This document shows, in pieces, positions 26,669-34,035 of a stretch of DNA of 64,000 nt. This DNA is from Escherichia phage SP22, in sequence record LC519489.1; one strand, 5' to 3'. The position numbers and the translations under genes are program-made. The number at the start of each line of letters is the position of its first letter. The stretch's first letter is position 1. Below the pieces are notes generated by a model that searched no databases, was not told where the DNA came from, and worked only from the letters and a program-made list of their open reading frames with translations.

Positions 26669-26815
26669 ATTATCTTTGTAGATAAGTTATTAAGCTTACC
26701 TGTGAGTATGCGACCACAAAGGGTGAAATGGTAAATTCTAGATTTAAACCCAACAATGCACATCGCTACAGACCTTAAGCAAGTCTGGGTAGCTTATCTA
26801 CAAAGATAATTTAAT

Positions 26816-26891
26816 GGAAGTGTAGCAGAATGGTGATGCGGCAGACTTTTAATCTGACAGGCGATGGGTTCGAATCCCTCCACTTCTACCA
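26816..26891 (+). tRNA. tRNA-Lys (anticodon TTT)
   Basis: acceptor ggaagtg/cacttct, anticodon loop cttttaa, T-loop ttcgaat, CCA. Confidence 0.65.
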
Positions 26892-26895
26892 ATAT

Positions 26896-26972
26896 GGTTC
26901 AGTCGCAGATAAGGTAATGCAGGGGTTTCATAAGCCCTATGAATGTGGGTTCGATTCCCATCTGAACCTCCA
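26896..26972 (+). tRNA. tRNA with anticodon CAT (elongator Met or Ile-lysidine type)
   Basis: acceptor ggttcag/ctgaacc, anticodon stem ggggt/gccct loop ttcataa, T-loop ttcgatt, CCA. Confidence 0.6.
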
Positions 26973-26973
26973 A

Positions 26974-27049
26974 GCTGGTATAGTTAAGAAGGTTATAACA
27001 CTCCCCTGATAAGGGAACATCGGTGGTTCGATTCCACCTACCAGTACCA
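26974..27049 (+). tRNA. tRNA-Ile (anticodon GAT)
   Basis: acceptor gctggta/taccagt, anticodon loop ctgataa, T-arm ggtgg-ttcgatt-ccacc, CCA. Confidence 0.65.
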
Positions 27050-27064
27050 ATTTCAATAAAGTTG

Positions 27065-27093
27065 TTGACATTGAGATGTGACTACTTTATAGT
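27065..27093 (+). promoter_or_regulatory. sigma70-like promoter (ttgaca 27065-27070, 17 bp, tatagt 27088-27093)
   Basis: consensus hexamers with 17-bp spacer. Confidence 0.55.
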
Positions 27094-27099
27094 AACTGA

Positions 27100-27387
27100 A
27101 AATGATTCAGCATATGTATAATTCAAACACCAATACATGAGCGTTAGACGTAACACAATGTGGGGAAATTTGTTGTACATATTCTGAATAGTTTTCGTTG
27201 CGTAGCGTCTATTTTGCAAATTTAAAATAAATGCAAACGACAATGTTTTTCTGGCAGTAGCTTGATAGGCTAAACACCAGTGAGGTCTTCCAATCCCTCA
27301 TCAAAGAATTTGGCGTACTCGCCCACGGTATGATTAATAAGGTGGGCATCTTTAAGGGCTTTCTAAGAGAGTCTTTAAAGATAATTA
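27100..27387 (+). ncRNA. candidate non-coding transcript downstream of the promoter and upstream of the atypical tRNA-like gene
   Basis: about 290 nt with no ORF of 60 aa or more in any frame, inside the tRNA cluster. Confidence 0.25.
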
Positions 27388-27469
27388 CGGGGCGTATCTC
27401 AGCGGTCTTCTAAACCGCCGTTAACCGAGTAAGTGGAGTATGCGGGTTCGAGTCCTGCCGCCTCGACCA
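27388..27469 (+). tRNA. atypical tRNA-like gene: canonical T-arm and acceptor with CCA, anticodon-like hairpin gcggt-cTTCTaa-accgc (TCT, Arg-type), no canonical D-arm, 23-nt extra region
   Basis: acceptor cggggcg/cgcctcg, T-arm gcggg-ttcgagt-cctgc; only 7 nt between acceptor and hairpin. Confidence 0.4.
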
Positions 27470-27483
27470 ATTTTGGAGAAATC

Positions 27484-27831
27484 ATGAAAACTTGTATTAG
27501 GTGCAAACTTAGCAAGGATGAAAATGATTTCTACATGAAAGATGGTAAGAGAACTCATTCATACTGTAAAAAGTGTGTTAATGAGCAAACCATAGAAAGA
27601 CAAAGAGCACTTAAACTTTCAGCTATTGAGTACAAAGGTGGGGTTTGTCATGATTGTGGTAAAAGGTATCATCCAGCAGTGTATGACTTCCATCATTTGA
27701 ATCCTTCAGAGAAAGATTTTAACATTGGTCATAGAAAAAGTCTGAAGTTCTCTCAAGAACTAAAAGATGAACTTGACAAATGTGTTTTGCTATGTTCAAA
27801 TTGCCATAGGGTAAGACATGCAAAGTATTAG
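27484..27831 (+). CDS. HNH homing endonuclease (paralog of 29214-29627)
   Basis: CxxC...CHDCG...HHLNP...CSNCHRVRH motifs; start set at ATG after SD ggag (track ORF 27433 overlaps the tRNA-like gene). Confidence 0.7.
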   Translation: MKTCIRCKLSKDENDFYMKDGKRTHSYCKKCVNEQTIERQRALKLSAIEYKGGVCHDCGKRYHPAVYDFHHLNPSEKDFNIGHRKSLKFSQELKDELDKCVLLCSNCHRVRHAKY

Positions 27832-27968
27832 TTAGCAGATTGCTTAGACGACCTTATCGGGTCTCCGTGTAAGGAGGTGGTCTGTATCTCATGTTTTCCA
27901 GAACATGTAAATAATCTGAGAAGGGGCTTTACAGTGTTGCGAAAATACGGTAAGCTTCGAATTACAAT

Positions 27969-28051
27969 ATGGGACGATGTTAAGACTCTAAGGCATGAGC
28001 AACGGCCTCCAAAACCGTTTCAAAGGGGTTCAACTCCTCCGTCCCATGCCA
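27969..28051 (+). tRNA. non-canonical tRNA-like element or pseudo-tRNA
   Basis: perfect acceptor atgggac/gtcccat-g-cca and T-loop ttcaact, but anticodon hairpin aacgg-cctccaaaa-ccgtt has a 9-nt loop and there is an about 8-nt insertion before the D-stem. Confidence 0.3.
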
Positions 28052-28064
28052 AAGTCTTATTAGG

Positions 28065-28154
28065 GGTAGGTAGCGGCTAATGGCAGCCAAACAGTCTTGA
28101 AAACTGTTGCCACTGTAGAGATACGGTGAGGGTTCGACTCCTTTACTTACCGCC
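28065..28154 (+). tRNA. tRNA-Ser (anticodon TGA), class II
   Basis: acceptor ggtaggt/acttacc, anticodon stem acagt/actgt loop cttgaaa, long variable arm, T-loop ttcgact. Confidence 0.65.
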
Positions 28155-28422
28155 TAATAAGATTTATACCGTCCATGCTTGCTCGCATTTTCGGTTTATC
28201 CTCGTGTATTGGTTGTACACACTGATAAAGCACCTAGTAGGTGTCACGGAGAAGAGATAATATCAAGCTCTCCAAAGGTTCTAGTCACCGGATTAAACAA
28301 GACTATGCAAAGACCAAATTAGGTCTTTTTAGAGGGCTTCTAAGGTTATTACAGCTTGTTGTGGAACCTTGTTGCTTAGGTTCTTAGAAGTTCTCTAAAA
28401 AGATTTAATGGGAGATTGACAC

Positions 28423-28875
28423 ATGGCACGTAGCAGTTTGACTAAAGATATTCTTGAACCTTTAGTAAAGGATTCAGTATCATTCAGAGAAGTACTTATT
28501 AAGCTTGGGAGAAAACCAGCAGGTGGTTCTCAGTCACATCTAAAGCGTGTTATAGAGAAGTTTGAAATAGACACTTCTCATTTCCTCGGACAAAAGGCTG
28601 GTAAGGTTAAAACTGTACCAAAAAGAAAGCCTGAAGAAATACTAATTCTGCGTGAATCTGGTGAAAGAGCTAGGTCTTCACAACTAAGAAGAGCTTTAAT
28701 AGCCTCTGGTGTCGAATACAAATGCTCTAAATGTGGTCAGTTACCGTATTGGTTGGGTAACCCTCTAACTCTTGATGTTGACCACATTAACGAGAACTGG
28801 TTAGATGATAGAAAAGAGAATCTTCGGTTCTTGTGTCCAAATTGCCACAGTCAATTCTCAAGACATTTGATTTAA
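28423..28875 (+). CDS. HNH homing endonuclease
   Basis: YKCSKCG...DHINENWLDDRKENLRFLCPNCH motif; SD gggag. Confidence 0.65.
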   Translation: MARSSLTKDILEPLVKDSVSFREVLIKLGRKPAGGSQSHLKRVIEKFEIDTSHFLGQKAGKVKTVPKRKPEEILILRESGERARSSQLRRALIASGVEYKCSKCGQLPYWLGNPLTLDVDHINENWLDDRKENLRFLCPNCHSQFSRHLI

Positions 28876-28876
28876 T

Positions 28877-28953
28877 GCACCTATAGCCCAACTGGTAGAG
28901 GCAGCAGACTTAGAATCTGCTCAGTGTGAGTTCGAATCTCTCTAGGTGTACCA
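28877..28953 (+). tRNA. tRNA with anticodon TAG (Leu-type anticodon) but short variable arm
   Basis: acceptor gcaccta/taggtgt-a-cca, anticodon stem gcaga/tctgc loop cttagaa, T-loop ttcgaat. Confidence 0.55.
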
Positions 28954-28960
28954 AATTAAT

Positions 28961-29036
28961 GCAGGTGTAGCAAAATGGTTATGCGGCTGACTCTTAATCA
29001 GTAAGACGATGGGTTCAATTCCCTCCACCTGTACCA
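28961..29036 (+). tRNA. tRNA-Lys (anticodon CTT), paralog of the TTT tRNA
   Basis: acceptor gcaggtg/cacctgt, anticodon loop ctcttaa, T-loop ttcaatt, CCA. Confidence 0.6.
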
Positions 29037-29042
29037 AACATT

Positions 29043-29118
29043 GGGGATGTAGTTTACATGGTTAAAACATAAGTTTTGCAAACTTAAGTACAGGGTTCAA
29101 TTCCCTGCTTCTCCACCA
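29043..29118 (+). tRNA. tRNA-Ala (anticodon TGC)
   Basis: anticodon stem taagt/actta loop tttgcaa, T-arm caggg-ttcaatt-ccctg, CCA. Confidence 0.6.
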
Positions 29119-29124
29119 ATTAGT

Positions 29125-29199
29125 GCATCCATAGTTTAAACGGGAAAATTACAGTCTTCCAAACTGAGGTTGAGGGTTCGATTCCCTCTGGATGCTCCA
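29125..29199 (+). tRNA. tRNA-Gly (anticodon TCC)
   Basis: acceptor gcatcca/tggatgc, anticodon loop cttccaa, T-arm gaggg-ttcgatt-ccctc, CCA. Confidence 0.65.
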
Positions 29200-29213
29200 A
29201 ATTAAGGTGTGAT

Positions 29214-29627
29214 ATGAAAATATGTAGTACTTGCAGAATACCAAAAGATGAAAGCTTATTCCATAAGAATAAGAACAAGAAAGATGGTCTTCAAAGTCAA
29301 TGCAAAGACTGTGCAAGACTTCGTGATGCAAAGAGTTATCAAGCAAATGATAAAAGGAAAGAGGCTATCAAAAGCACTCGTAACTTCAAGAGGGAGTATA
29401 ATAAAACTCTAGCTAGAAGGTACAAAGCTTTATGCAAATGTCATATATGTGGTGAGAAAGAACCAGCTGCACTGGATTTACACCATACAGACCCTTCCCA
29501 GAAAGATTTGAATCCTGCATCACTTTATTCATACTCCACAAAAAGATTAAAAGATGAAATCAGAAAGTGTATCGTCTTGTGTGCTAACTGTCACAGAAAA
29601 GTACACGCTGGTATCATACAAGTTTAA
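29214..29627 (+). CDS. HNH homing endonuclease (paralog of 27484-27831)
   Basis: CSTCR...CKDC...CHICG...HHTDPS...CANCHRKVH. Confidence 0.7.
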   Translation: MKICSTCRIPKDESLFHKNKNKKDGLQSQCKDCARLRDAKSYQANDKRKEAIKSTRNFKREYNKTLARRYKALCKCHICGEKEPAALDLHHTDPSQKDLNPASLYSYSTKRLKDEIRKCIVLCANCHRKVHAGIIQV

Positions 29628-29628
29628 T

Positions 29629-29705
29629 GCTGCTTTCGTATAATTGGCTATTACACATCCCTTGTAAGGATGGAAATGCAGGTTCGAGTCCTGTGAGCAG
29701 CACCA
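29629..29705 (+). tRNA. tRNA-Thr (anticodon TGT)
   Basis: acceptor gctgctt/gagcagc, anticodon stem catcc/ggatg loop cttgtaa, T-loop ttcgagt, CCA. Confidence 0.7.
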
Positions 29706-29801
29706 ATTTAGAGGTCAAGTGAAAGACCGCTTTGAGTCAACTGAAGACCGTAACAAATCCCACGGAGTTGAGTTAGCGGCACAACTTCAGACCTCTTTCA
29801 T
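29706..29801 (+). ncRNA. structured intergenic element with nested inverted repeats between tRNA-Thr and tRNA-Val
   Basis: gaggtc...gacctc, ctgaag...cttcag and ccgt...acgg inverted repeats; contains the gaagaccgt motif. Confidence 0.3.
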
Positions 29802-29876
29802 ACTCGCTTAGTTTATATGGTAAAACATCACCCTTACAAGATGAAGAAAAAGGTTCAAGTCCTTTAGTGAGTACCA
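29802..29876 (+). tRNA. tRNA-Val (anticodon TAC)
   Basis: acceptor actcgct/agtgagt, D-stem gttt/aaac, anticodon loop cttacaa, T-arm aaagg-ttcaagt-ccttt, CCA. Confidence 0.6.
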
Positions 29877-29877
29877 T

Positions 29878-29955
29878 GTTCCAGTATCCCAATTGGCAGA
29901 GGATGCAAGCTCAAACCTTGTACTAGTGACGGTTCGAATCCGTCTTGGAACACCA
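29878..29955 (+). tRNA. tRNA with anticodon CAA (Leu-type anticodon), short variable arm
   Basis: acceptor gttccag/ttggaac, anticodon stem gcaag/cttgt loop ctcaaac, T-arm gacgg-ttcgaat-ccgtc, CCA. Confidence 0.55.
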
Positions 29956-29960
29956 ATTTT

Positions 29961-30036
29961 GCAGGATTAGTTCAAATGGATAGAGCAACAGTCTACGAAG
30001 CTGTTAATAGGGGTTCGAATCCCTTATCCTGCGCCA
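29961..30036 (+). tRNA. tRNA-Arg (anticodon ACG)
   Basis: perfect acceptor gcaggat/atcctgc, D-stem gttc/gagc, anticodon stem acagt/gctgt loop ctacgaa, T-loop ttcgaat, CCA. Confidence 0.75.
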
Positions 30037-30055
30037 ATTTAAAGAGGCTATTTAG

Positions 30056-30613
30056 ATGAGATATTTGAAGTATGCTTCATGGATTTTCTTAGCTTTGTTA
30101 GAACCATTTGCAGCAATCTTAGCAGTTATCTTAGCACCTTTCGTAGTCCCATTCTACAGTGAGAAGAAAGGACACTTACCTTTCGGCTTCAGATGGATGG
30201 AGACATATGACAACCCAATTGATGGTGATAAAGGGCATGTCGAACGATGGGCTAAGATTAGAAAGATTGGCAAGCTTGGTGTCTATATGCAGAGAGTCGG
30301 TTGGCTCTGGAGAAACAAAGCTTATAACTTCTCTTACCATGTGTTAGGAAGAGATGTAAAAGATGTTACTAAGTGGAAAGGCAATATCAACGTAAGTTCT
30401 AACCCTGAAGATAATCAGACAGGTTATCTCCTAATGTGGAACAGCAATGCTTGGGGATTATTCGCTTTTATCCCATCAATTAAAGTCTTTGGTAAACAAT
30501 TTTACTGGAGAATTTATATTGGGTGGAAGCTAAAAAGTGTTGTCCCAGAAGAAAGAGCATTCTCAAGGGAAAGAGTTATGTTGGCATTCTTTATTCATCC
30601 ACTAAGAAAGTAA
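30056..30613 (+). CDS. hypothetical Trp-rich membrane protein encoded inside the tRNA cluster
   Basis: N-terminal hydrophobic segment WIFLALLEPFAAILAVILAPFVVPF. Confidence 0.45.
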   Translation: MRYLKYASWIFLALLEPFAAILAVILAPFVVPFYSEKKGHLPFGFRWMETYDNPIDGDKGHVERWAKIRKIGKLGVYMQRVGWLWRNKAYNFSYHVLGRDVKDVTKWKGNINVSSNPEDNQTGYLLMWNSNAWGLFAFIPSIKVFGKQFYWRIYIGWKLKSVVPEERAFSRERVMLAFFIHPLRK

Positions 30614-30621
30614 AGATTTAA

Positions 30622-30697
30622 AGGGGATTAGTTTACAAGGTTAAAACCTCGGTCTTTGAAATCGAAGAAGTTGGTTCAATTCCAACATCCCCCGCCA
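30622..30697 (+). tRNA. tRNA-Gln (anticodon TTG)
   Basis: anticodon stem tcggt/atcga loop ctttgaa, D-stem gttt/aaac, T-arm gttgg-ttcaatt-ccaac, CCA; A1:C72 unpaired. Confidence 0.6.
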
Positions 30698-30699
30698 AT

Positions 30700-30778
30700 G
30701 CTCCATTACTCCAATTGGCAGAGAGGCCAGACTTAAAATCTGTGTTATGTATCGGTTCGAATCCGATATGGAGTACCA
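30700..30778 (+). tRNA. tRNA with anticodon TAA (Leu-type anticodon), short variable arm
   Basis: acceptor gctccat/atggagt, anticodon loop cttaaaa, T-arm atcgg-ttcgaat-ccgat, CCA. Confidence 0.55.
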
Positions 30779-30783
30779 AATTT

Positions 30784-30859
30784 AGCGGTATAGCATAACT
30801 GGCAATGCAGCAGTCTCTGAAGCTGTCTTATTAAGGTTCAAATCCTTATGCCGCTGCCA
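30784..30859 (+). tRNA. tRNA with anticodon CTG (Gln-type)
   Basis: acceptor agcggta/tgccgct, D-stem gcat/atgc, anticodon loop ctctgaa, T-arm taagg-ttcaaat-cctta, CCA. Confidence 0.55.
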
Positions 30860-30890
30860 CTTCTAAGGGTTCTTACGAGAGTCCTTAAAT

Positions 30891-30966
30891 GTGGCCTTAT
30901 CATAAATGGTAATGACCCATGCTGTGAACATGGTCTATACGGGTTCAAATCCCGTAGGTCACCCCA
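30891..30966 (+). tRNA. tRNA-His (anticodon GTG)
   Basis: acceptor gtggcct/aggtcac, anticodon stem ccatg/catgg loop ctgtgaa, T-loop ttcaaat, CCA. Confidence 0.7.
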
Positions 30967-30971
30967 ATTTA

Positions 30972-31046
30972 TAGTCCAAGTAGCTTATATGGTTAAAGCG
31001 CGTGTCTGAAAAACATGAGAAGAGGGTTCAAATCCCACTGGACTAC
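30972..31046 (+). tRNA. tRNA-Phe (anticodon GAA); 3' CCA not fully encoded
   Basis: acceptor tagtcca/tggacta, anticodon stem cgtgt/acatg loop ctgaaaa, T-loop ttcaaat. Confidence 0.55.
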
Positions 31047-31064
31047 CAATTTCAAAGGTGCTTA

Positions 31065-31799
31065 ATGAAAGAGATGACAGAACAAGGTAAGGAGATTTTT
31101 AATCTCTTAAAAACCGGTAAAGGGTTTTCTAATCCCCTTATTACTGGTGCAGCAGTTCTCGGTGGAACCGTAGCTGCCTCTACATCACTTGTAAGCTCTA
31201 TTAGCTCTGTAACAGACCCTACAATAAAAGATAAGCTTGTTGCTGCTGGACTTACAACAGTCCTGCTTAACAGCTTTACAACGAGTCTGACAAGCACTAC
31301 ATCAACTACCAAAACACTGACAGATTACGGTCAAAAATCTATTGATGAGTTTTCATCACGTATGCAGGTAGCAAAAGGCTATTCTAATGTTATGGGTGCA
31401 GCAGGAGAGCAGGTTGGTTGTACACCATTTAGTGGTATTATGGGTGTTGCTACAGAGTATGGTCAAAAAGCTATTGACACGATTAACAGTGCACTAGATG
31501 GTGTTAATGATGTATTAAGTGACTTACAAGATGCTATTGACAAAGGTCTTGATACTATTTCTGATTTAGCTAACCAAGCTGTTAGTAAGATTAATGAAGG
31601 TATTTCGAAGATTACAGCTTATGCAGATGAAGTTGTGCAGATGATTGAAGAAGAAGCTGCTCTTATTGCAGAGTACCTTAAAACGAATATCAATGGGTTC
31701 TTAGCAGGTATCTTACCAGACTGGTTTGATGATGCTTGTAAAACTGGTGTAATTGATACTATTGCAACACCAGAAATGAAGAACGCATTACAGAAATAA
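31065..31799 (+). CDS. hypothetical Ser/Thr/Ala-rich protein (start set at internal ATG after the tRNA; track ORF 31002 overlaps tRNA-Phe)
   Basis: ORF track with start adjusted. Confidence 0.45.
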   Translation: MKEMTEQGKEIFNLLKTGKGFSNPLITGAAVLGGTVAASTSLVSSISSVTDPTIKDKLVAAGLTTVLLNSFTTSLTSTTSTTKTLTDYGQKSIDEFSSRMQVAKGYSNVMGAAGEQVGCTPFSGIMGVATEYGQKAIDTINSALDGVNDVLSDLQDAIDKGLDTISDLANQAVSKINEGISKITAYADEVVQMIEEEAALIAEYLKTNINGFLAGILPDWFDDACKTGVIDTIATPEMKNALQK

Positions 31800-31800
31800 T

Positions 31801-31893
31801 GGAAGATTAACCCTAAAAGGTAAGGGAGCAGTTTGCTAAACTGCCAGTAGCTGAGAAATCGGTGTACCAGTTCAAGTCTGGTATCTTCCTCCA
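31801..31893 (+). tRNA. tRNA-Ser (anticodon GCT), class II
   Basis: perfect acceptor ggaagat/atcttcc, anticodon stem gcagt/actgc loop ttgctaa, long variable arm, T-arm accag-ttcaagt-ctggt, CCA. Confidence 0.75.
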
Positions 31894-31897
31894 ATTT

Positions 31898-31973
31898 GAA
31901 TCCGTGACAGAAATGGTTATGTGCCTGTCTGCAAAACAGGTTTATAAGGGTTCGAGTCCCTTCGGATTCTCCA
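31898..31973 (+). tRNA. tRNA-Cys (anticodon GCA)
   Basis: perfect acceptor gaatccg/cggattc, anticodon stem cctgt/acagg loop ctgcaaa, T-arm aaggg-ttcgagt-ccctt, CCA. Confidence 0.75.
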
Positions 31974-32010
31974 AGTTATTTTACTCTCTCTCAATTAAAA
32001 TAATAATAAT

Positions 32011-32070
32011 GCCCTGCTATAAGTATTCTTCCTTTCGCTACCGAAGAGTATTTTTAGACAGGGCTTTTTT
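32011..32070 (+). terminator. long hairpin + tttttt closing the tRNA operon
   Basis: gccctg...cagggc followed by U-run. Confidence 0.6.
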
Positions 32071-32135
32071 ACAGAGTTATACTTTATAAGAAGACTTATA
32101 CAGTATGTCTCTGACGTACATTGTGGTTTCTCCTT

Positions 32136-32159
32136 GACGGTCTCTGTACCGTCTTTTTT
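32136..32159 (+). terminator. rho-independent terminator
   Basis: gacggt-ctctgt-accgtc + tttttt. Confidence 0.65.
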
Positions 32160-32195
32160 AAGGGGAAACATGGTTAACTATTTGGAGAAAACATA

Positions 32196-32396
32196 ATGAG
32201 CGAGACCGTTTATAAAGAACTTTACGAAGCTAACAAGAAGCTAGAATTTATGCAGAACACTATCATGGCAATTGCAGACAGATTATCTGTAGCAACAGGT
32301 ATTGATATTCAAGAAGCGTCTATGGATGCACTTCTTGATGCTGTTGATGCAAAGTTCGAAGTTAAGAAAGAAGAGACTGCTACAGACTCTGAATAA
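32196..32396 (+). CDS. hypothetical small acidic protein preceding the terminase gene
   Basis: ORF with SD ggagaaa. Confidence 0.45.
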   Translation: MSETVYKELYEANKKLEFMQNTIMAIADRLSVATGIDIQEASMDALLDAVDAKFEVKKEETATDSE

Positions 32397-32417
32397 TTCT
32401 ATTTGCGGAGGTGCTTA

Positions 32418-34019
32418 ATGGACTTAAATGCTGTTAAGCAGAAGCGAGTGGAAGATGTTAGGAAAGTCCTAGCTGGAGAGTTGGGGCTTTCTGATGAAGT
32501 AAAAGAAATTATCAAATCATTCGGTAAAGACCCCTCTAAATTCCTTCCAACTCAAATTCTGACTTTATTAAGATACACACCAGACCAAGTTAGACTTATC
32601 TTCAAATTGATGACTGATAAGAACTATGTAGCCCCTCAGCCGGGTTCTCAAGAGGTCTTTTTAAATACTAATGCTGACTTGGTTCTCTATGGTGGTGCTG
32701 CTGGTGCTGGTAAGACTGCTGCATTGTTAATGGACTCTTTAAGGTTTATTGAAGACCCTAACTATAATGCTGTATATTTCCGTCGAAATACAACACAGTT
32801 ACAAGGTGGTTTATGGCCTGCTGCAAAGAAACTATTTGGTAAGTTTGGTGGCGTTCCTCACGAGCAGAAGATGACTATCACATTCCCTTCTGGGGCAACT
32901 ATCAAGTTCACCTACCTAGAACTTGAAAAGCACGCTGAAGGTCATCAGGGTATTGAGTACTCAGCTATCTACTTTGACGAAGGTACGCACTTCTCTGCTT
33001 CACAGATTTCATACCTACAGACTCGTCTGCGTTCTGGTGCTGAAGGTGATTCATACATGAAGATTTCTATGAACCCAGATAGAGACCATTTCATTTACGA
33101 TTGGGTAGAACCATTCTTAGATGAAGAAGGTTACCCAGACCCTGAAAAGTGTGGTCGTATCCGTTGGTATGTTATGAACGATGGTGTGATGGTTTCTGAT
33201 TGGGAGAGAGACAAGATTCTTGAAATGTTTCCTCTTGAGATTCCTCAGACATACACCTTCATCTCTGGTACGATTGATGATAACCCAATTCTTGACTTCT
33301 TAGAACCTAAATATCGTGGTAAGTTGGAAAACAACACACCTGTAAACGTTGCAAGACTTCGTTTCGGTAACTGGAAGGCTCGTGCAGAAGGTTCAAACTA
33401 TTGGCAAAGACAATGGTGTGAAATTGTTGATTCACTCCCAGAAGATGTATTCGATGTCAGAGCATGGGACTTAGCAGCAACTTTACCATCTGAGATTAAC
33501 CCTAATCCAGACTGGACAGCAGGTGTTAAGATGGGTAAATCTAAAAAAGACGGTTGCTATTATATCATTGATGTAGTAAGATTTAGAGATAGACCCTCTG
33601 GAGTCGAAACACAAATTAATTTGACTGCTGAAAGTGACGGTAAGCGAACTGGTATTTTTATCCCTCAAGACCCAGGCGCTGCTGGTAAATCCTACGCAAC
33701 ATCCCTCATCAGGAAACTTGCCGAGAAAGGTTATCGAGCAAGAGCTAAACCAACAAATAAAGATAAAGTTACCCGATTTGCGGGGTTTTCTGCTGCTTCT
33801 GAAGCTGGACTTGTAAAAGTCTTGAGAGGTAGTTGGAATGAAGCTTACTTCCAAGAACTTGAAGGCTTTTGTGGTGATGGTAAAACTAAAGATGACCAAG
33901 TGGATGCTACCAGTGATGCTTTCAACAGTCTTAACGAAGTTAAATTATTCAAGCCACCATCAATGGGCGCTCACACAGACTTAGTGAGAGGAAACCCATA
34001 TGAGGGGCTTAGACGTTGA
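32418..34019 (+). CDS. terL: terminase large subunit
   Basis: Walker A-like YGGAAGAGKT and Walker B-like IYFDEG in N-terminal ATPase region, acidic C-terminal nuclease-like region; start set at ATG after SD ggagg; followed by portal candidate. Confidence 0.75.
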   Translation: MDLNAVKQKRVEDVRKVLAGELGLSDEVKEIIKSFGKDPSKFLPTQILTLLRYTPDQVRLIFKLMTDKNYVAPQPGSQEVFLNTNADLVLYGGAAGAGKTAALLMDSLRFIEDPNYNAVYFRRNTTQLQGGLWPAAKKLFGKFGGVPHEQKMTITFPSGATIKFTYLELEKHAEGHQGIEYSAIYFDEGTHFSASQISYLQTRLRSGAEGDSYMKISMNPDRDHFIYDWVEPFLDEEGYPDPEKCGRIRWYVMNDGVMVSDWERDKILEMFPLEIPQTYTFISGTIDDNPILDFLEPKYRGKLENNTPVNVARLRFGNWKARAEGSNYWQRQWCEIVDSLPEDVFDVRAWDLAATLPSEINPNPDWTAGVKMGKSKKDGCYYIIDVVRFRDRPSGVETQINLTAESDGKRTGIFIPQDPGAAGKSYATSLIRKLAEKGYRARAKPTNKDKVTRFAGFSAASEAGLVKVLRGSWNEAYFQELEGFCGDGKTKDDQVDATSDAFNSLNEVKLFKPPSMGAHTDLVRGNPYEGLRR

Positions 34020-34035
34020 TAGCTAGGTGAGAAGA

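Noticed and set aside
25713-26763. Track ORFs 25713-25964(-), 25879-26118(-) and 26506-26763(-)
   Set aside because: They run antisense across well-formed tRNA genes and hairpin elements; the open frames are explained by the RNA genes.
27433-27483. Upstream extension of the HNH ORF given by the track
   Set aside because: Reads through the T-arm and acceptor of the tRNA-like gene; the ATG at 27484 has an SD.
27877-28080. 67-aa + strand ORF
   Set aside because: Overlaps the tRNA-like element at 27969-28051 and the start of tRNA-Ser; no RBS.
31002-31064. Upstream extension of ORF 31002-31799 given by the track
   Set aside because: Overlaps tRNA-Phe; start moved to ATG at 31065.
31862-32089. 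75-aa + strand ORF
   Set aside because: Covers tRNA-Ser(GCT), tRNA-Cys and the terminator hairpin.
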